This document shows positions 60,214-64,000 of a stretch of 64,000 nt of DNA, piece after piece; position 1 is the stretch's first letter; every line of letters starts with the position of its first letter. The stretch comes from a bacterium UBP13_UBA5359 (GTDB lineage Bacteria > UBP13 > UBA5359), in NCBI GenBank assembly GCA_002410925.1, contig DHPR01000033.1, positions 62,001 to 126,000 on the forward strand, in the 5' to 3' direction. The notes beneath the pieces were generated by a model. That model made no database searches and was not told where the DNA came from. It saw only the letters and a program-made list of their open reading frames with translations. The position numbers were made by a program, and so were the translations under genes.

Positions 60214-62007
60214 ATGGCCGTTATTAAAGTGTTACCACATAGCTTGCGAGAAAAAATCGCCGCCGGGGAAGTGATAGAACGTCCGGTTTCCGTGGTCAAG
60301 GAGCTTCTTGAGAACTCCATTGACGCAGGGGCAGGCCGCATAACGGTGGATATACAGGATGGCGGCAAGAGGCTTATCCGTGTAACTGACGACGGCAACG
60401 GTATCTATGCCGCTGATATGCCGCTGGCAGCCGAAAGACATGCCACCAGCAAGATATCCGAAGAGAGGGATTTATATGCGGTCAGCAGCCTGGGCTTCAG
60501 AGGCGAGGCATTAGCCAGCATCAAGGCGGTATCTCGTTTGCGCATCATCAGCCGCCGGGCTGATTGTGATGAAGGAGCTGAATTGCTGGCACAGGGAGAT
60601 GAACCGGTGGAGGTAAGACCTATTGGATGTGCGCCGGGGACATCTATTACAGTTACGGATATCTTTTATAACCTGCCGGCCAGATTGAAATTTCTCAAGA
60701 CCAGCATCACAGAGCAGCGAAAGATACAGGAGGTTATAGAGAGATATGCCATGGCCTATCCGGAAAAGGCCTTTGTGCTTACAAGTGATAGTCGGGAACT
60801 GCTCAATGCCGCACCGGCGGCGTCGGCTGAGGACCGCCTGATAGATATTTACGGCCGGCAAGCCGTAGAGGGCTTTGTGGCGGTAACGGCTGAGAATGAT
60901 TACGTTTCCATTAAGGGGCTTGTTTCCAGGCCGGGATTCAGTCGCAGCAACAGATCCGATCAGACTATGATAATCAACGGCCGGCTGGTACAATCGGCCA
61001 TATTCCGATTTGCGCTGGACAGAGCTTATCGTGAGCTTCTGCCTGCGGGAAGATATCCTTTAGCCCTGATCAGATTGCAAGTTGACCCCTCCAAGCTGGA
61101 TGTTAACGTTCACCCGCAGAAAACAGAGGTACGTTTTGTCGACGAACGCGATGTCGGAATCCTATTGGAGCGTACCGTGCGCCGCACCCTGCTTGAACTT
61201 AGGCTCAGAACCTTAAATCCCTTTACTGAAGCAGGGTCGGAAATATCTGCAAGACCGGGAGCTATAGCGACCGATCGCAAGTCTTATGCCGCACAGACAC
61301 CGGTTAATATGCAATTGATGGAGGAATCCTTTACCGATTTTTTTCCCGATAAAGATATGCCGGCCATGCGGCAGGATAGAGCAGGGGCTGAAGCAGATAT
61401 ACCTGGAAAAGATAACGGCTTCTCCGAAAGTACGAGCATAAATATAATCGGACAGGCTTTACAGATGTATGTGGTGGCTTATGATGAGCTCTCTATTATT
61501 CTGATAGATCAGCATGCCGCCCATGAACGAATTCTTTACGATCGCCTGATGCAAGCTGATGGAGGCGGATCAGAGGTGCAGGTGCTGCTTCTGCCGGAAA
61601 CCATAGAACTACGCCCCGCAGAGGTATCTATTGTTGGAGAAAGAAGCGATATACTTAAACGTTTAGGCTTTACGGTAGAGCCCTTTGGGAAGAATACATA
61701 TCGTTTGACCGGGGTGCCGATGGAACTGGCCGAAGCTTCTCCCGCTACGGTTTTCAGAGATATCGTTTCCGATCTTATGGAGATAGGCGGTAGTGCACGG
61801 GAGGAACAGATAAGAGCTTCTCTCTGTCGCAGGATAGCCTGCCATGCTGCCGTGAAGGCCGGCGATGTATTGAGTGAGAGTGAGATGAAACAGCTGACAG
61901 TAGATCTCCTGACGGTTCCCGGCAGAGCCATGACCTGTCCACATGGGCGCCCGGTGCTGATAAAAATGGGGCAGGCAGAGTTGTTGAAAGCCTTTTATCG
62001 GAGTTGA
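60214..62007 (+). CDS. mutL: DNA mismatch repair endonuclease MutL
   Basis: IAAGEVIERP, ENSIDAG, HATSKI, GFRGEAL, DVNVHP; endonuclease motifs DQHAAHERILYD, ACHAA, CPHGRP. Confidence 0.98.
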   Translation: MAVIKVLPHSLREKIAAGEVIERPVSVVKELLENSIDAGAGRITVDIQDGGKRLIRVTDDGNGIYAADMPLAAERHATSKISEERDLYAVSSLGFRGEALASIKAVSRLRIISRRADCDEGAELLAQGDEPVEVRPIGCAPGTSITVTDIFYNLPARLKFLKTSITEQRKIQEVIERYAMAYPEKAFVLTSDSRELLNAAPAASAEDRLIDIYGRQAVEGFVAVTAENDYVSIKGLVSRPGFSRSNRSDQTMIINGRLVQSAIFRFALDRAYRELLPAGRYPLALIRLQVDPSKLDVNVHPQKTEVRFVDERDVGILLERTVRRTLLELRLRTLNPFTEAGSEISARPGAIATDRKSYAAQTPVNMQLMEESFTDFFPDKDMPAMRQDRAGAEADIPGKDNGFSESTSINIIGQALQMYVVAYDELSIILIDQHAAHERILYDRLMQADGGGSEVQVLLLPETIELRPAEVSIVGERSDILKRLGFTVEPFGKNTYRLTGVPMELAEASPATVFRDIVSDLMEIGGSAREEQIRASLCRRIACHAAVKAGDVLSESEMKQLTVDLLTVPGRAMTCPHGRPVLIKMGQAELLKAFYRS

Positions 62008-62008
62008 T

Positions 62009-62980
62009 ATGTTTGAAGAAAACCGTTTATTGGTACTGACCGGGCCTACCGCAGTGGGCAAGACGGATATTGCCGTCAGAGTTGCGGCTGTGACTAATGC
62101 TGAAATTATTTCAGCAGACTCCATACAAATTTACGAAGGCTTTGATATCGGGAGCGCCAAGCCCGGCGAGAAAGAGAGAGAGGGTATTCCTCATCACCTC
62201 TTGGATGTGGCTGATCCATGCGAAGGCTTCAGCGTTGCTCGTTACAAGGATATGGCTGAAGCAGCTATTCGGGATATCTGGAGCCGTAGCAAACAGGCTG
62301 TATTGACAGGGGGAACGGGTCTCTACATATCCGCCGTCATCGATGGCTTTAGCTTTCCTGAAGGCACCGATAATCCGGCTGTAAAAATTGCATTTGAAGA
62401 GAGGGCTGATCAAGAGGGATTGGCTTCGCTCTACAAGCAGCTTGAAAGAATAGACCCTGCTAGCGCTTCCAGGATTCACCCCAATGACCGTAGGCGAATA
62501 ATCAGGGCGTTGGAAGTCTATAACGCAACCGGTAGGCCCTTAAGCCATTTCAAGCGTCGTGGAAATGAACCGCCTCGCTTCGATGCCGTTATCATAGCTC
62601 TGACCATGCCGCGCGAGTTGCTTTACAGCAGGATAGAGGCCAGGGTAGAAGCACAGATAGAATCGGGGCTGATCGATGAGGTGCGGCAGCTTATGTCCAG
62701 AGCCTGCGTAAGGGATAGCCTGGCTATGCAAGGCCTTGGCTATAAAGAGATAGCCGCATATATTGATGGCCGATGCAGCCTGGAAGAGGCTGTTGCGATA
62801 CTTAAACGCGATACCAGGCGTTATGCCAAGCGCCAGTTATCCTGGTGGCGGCGGGATTCCCGTGTTCATTGGCTAGATATCTGTGAGTTCGATAATAAGG
62901 AAGCTCTGGTGCGGCACATAATTGATTTATGGCATACAGAAATGAAAAAGGGTAATTATATTCAGTATTGGAGAGAGTAA
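62009..62980 (+). CDS. miaA: tRNA dimethylallyltransferase
   Basis: GPTAVGKT, SADSIQIY, DIGSAKP, GGTGLY, RIIRALEV, GYKE, TRRYAKRQ. Confidence 0.97.
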   Translation: MFEENRLLVLTGPTAVGKTDIAVRVAAVTNAEIISADSIQIYEGFDIGSAKPGEKEREGIPHHLLDVADPCEGFSVARYKDMAEAAIRDIWSRSKQAVLTGGTGLYISAVIDGFSFPEGTDNPAVKIAFEERADQEGLASLYKQLERIDPASASRIHPNDRRRIIRALEVYNATGRPLSHFKRRGNEPPRFDAVIIALTMPRELLYSRIEARVEAQIESGLIDEVRQLMSRACVRDSLAMQGLGYKEIAAYIDGRCSLEEAVAILKRDTRRYAKRQLSWWRRDSRVHWLDICEFDNKEALVRHIIDLWHTEMKKGNYIQYWRE

Positions 62981-63903
62981 TGTTTCAACAGGTTATGGGA
63001 AGTGTATTGGTAATACTTATTCTGCTTTTGGTAGGAGTTTGGGCACGTTTAAAGGGGCTGATGACCCGTGAAACCTCGGAAAGTATAAGCCGGATAGTAA
63101 TCGACATAACCACCCCGGCTCTCATATTCACAGCTATGTACAGGCAGTTCACTCCGGATCTTCTGAGACAATCATATGTTCTGCCCTTGTTTGGAGCTCT
63201 GGCTATTTTGACCGGCTTCACAGTCGGCCTGCTTCTGTTGCGCGCAGCTCGCCTGGAAGAGGATGAAGATAACACCTTTCTCTATCTCACCGCCATCAGT
63301 AACTTCAGCTATATGCCGCTGCCCCTGGCATATATGCTCTTTGGCGATAAGGGCATCATTCTGCTCTTTCTGGCTAATGTTGGCAGCTATTTTATGCTTT
63401 GGACATTTGGCGTCTGGATACTTACCAGAAACAGGCTGAATCTGTCCGGTCTGAAGAACCTTCTTACTCCGCCTCTGATAGGACTGGTGATCGGTTTTTT
63501 AGTGCCGCTCAGCCCCTTAAAGGGGCATATACCTGTTTTTATCATCGATGCTTTGGATATGCTGGGCAAAGCCACGGTTCCATTGGTAATGCTCTCTGTT
63601 GGCGGACTTATAGCAACTGTAGATTTTAAAAAGGCCTTCACTCAGGCCACGATGCCCGTGCTGGTGGTTGCTCGCCTGTTTCTGATTCCGGCCATCATGA
63701 TAGCTCTGGTCTATACCCTGAAGCTGCCGCCGCAACTGGCCAATATAGTCATCCTGATATCCGTCATGCCCTCGGCCTCCAGCTCGCCCATAATCATCCA
63801 GCGCTTCGGCGGCAAGCCTGACCTGGCCGCCACCGGGGTCTTCTTTACCACCGTTGCCAGCGTAGTGACGGTGCCTGCTCTGCTGAGTTTATTTCTGCGT
63901 TAA
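62980..63903 (+). CDS. AEC (auxin efflux carrier) family transporter
   Basis: About 10 TM helices; PALIF, SN..Y..LP, PL.ML..G, MPSA motifs. Confidence 0.9.
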   Translation: MFQQVMGSVLVILILLLVGVWARLKGLMTRETSESISRIVIDITTPALIFTAMYRQFTPDLLRQSYVLPLFGALAILTGFTVGLLLLRAARLEEDEDNTFLYLTAISNFSYMPLPLAYMLFGDKGIILLFLANVGSYFMLWTFGVWILTRNRLNLSGLKNLLTPPLIGLVIGFLVPLSPLKGHIPVFIIDALDMLGKATVPLVMLSVGGLIATVDFKKAFTQATMPVLVVARLFLIPAIMIALVYTLKLPPQLANIVILISVMPSASSSPIIIQRFGGKPDLAATGVFFTTVASVVTVPALLSLFLR

Positions 63904-63911
63904 GGGATATA

Positions 63912-64000
63912 GGGATCAACGCAGACGGCAGAAGGCGTAGCAGCATCACCAGTGGCGGAATAACAACAGAGTATATCTATGACGGCACCAGGATAGTAGC
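63912..64000 (+). pseudogene. Rhs/YD-repeat fragment without a nearby start codon (runs off the window edge)
   Basis: Translates GINADGRRRSSITSGGITTEYIYDGTRIVA, matching the YD-repeat pattern (Y)..DG.R..K...G.TT.Y.YDG..I.A. Confidence 0.55.

Overview
Bacterial chromosomal window of roughly 50% GC (by eye), almost entirely + strand and densely coding. The backbone is housekeeping genes in a Firmicutes/Terrabacteria-like order: gap-pgk-tpiA-gpmI; aroQ-Xaa-Pro peptidase-efp-accB-accC-nusB-ispA-dxs-tlyA; hisS-aspS; 6S RNA-rarA; lon-valS-folC; miaB-mutS-mutL-miaA. An OmpH/Skp gene points to a diderm envelope; an Armatimonadota-like lineage is a guess. Three RNA genes were read directly from the sequence: tRNA-Ser(GCT), tRNA-Ala(CGC) on the - strand, and a 6S RNA. 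No CRISPR array, integrase, transposase or rRNA was seen. The most unusual items are: (1) a CI/LexA-like repressor whose Ser-Lys dyad and Ala-Gly cleavage site appear replaced by Cys, Arg and Ala-Lys, facing a strong promoter and a small Cys/His-rich ORF; (2) a Cys3-His pilin-like gene inserted between accB and accC, with an O-antigen-ligase/TPR fusion, a GT2 and a GT-C glycosyltransferase scattered through the same gene run, a possible dispersed surface-protein glycosylation system; (3) an ~8 kb block between aspS and 6S RNA encoding a PA14/FlgD-like surface protein, a membrane-anchored Zn-phospholipase-C-like protein, a MacAB-type exporter and an AAC(3)-family acetyltransferase; (4) a PAS-GAF-PAS sensor fused to an RsbT-like kinase with no His phosphoacceptor; (5) a start-less Rhs/YD-repeat fragment at the right edge. 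All family calls come from motif recognition by eye; no database searches were run.
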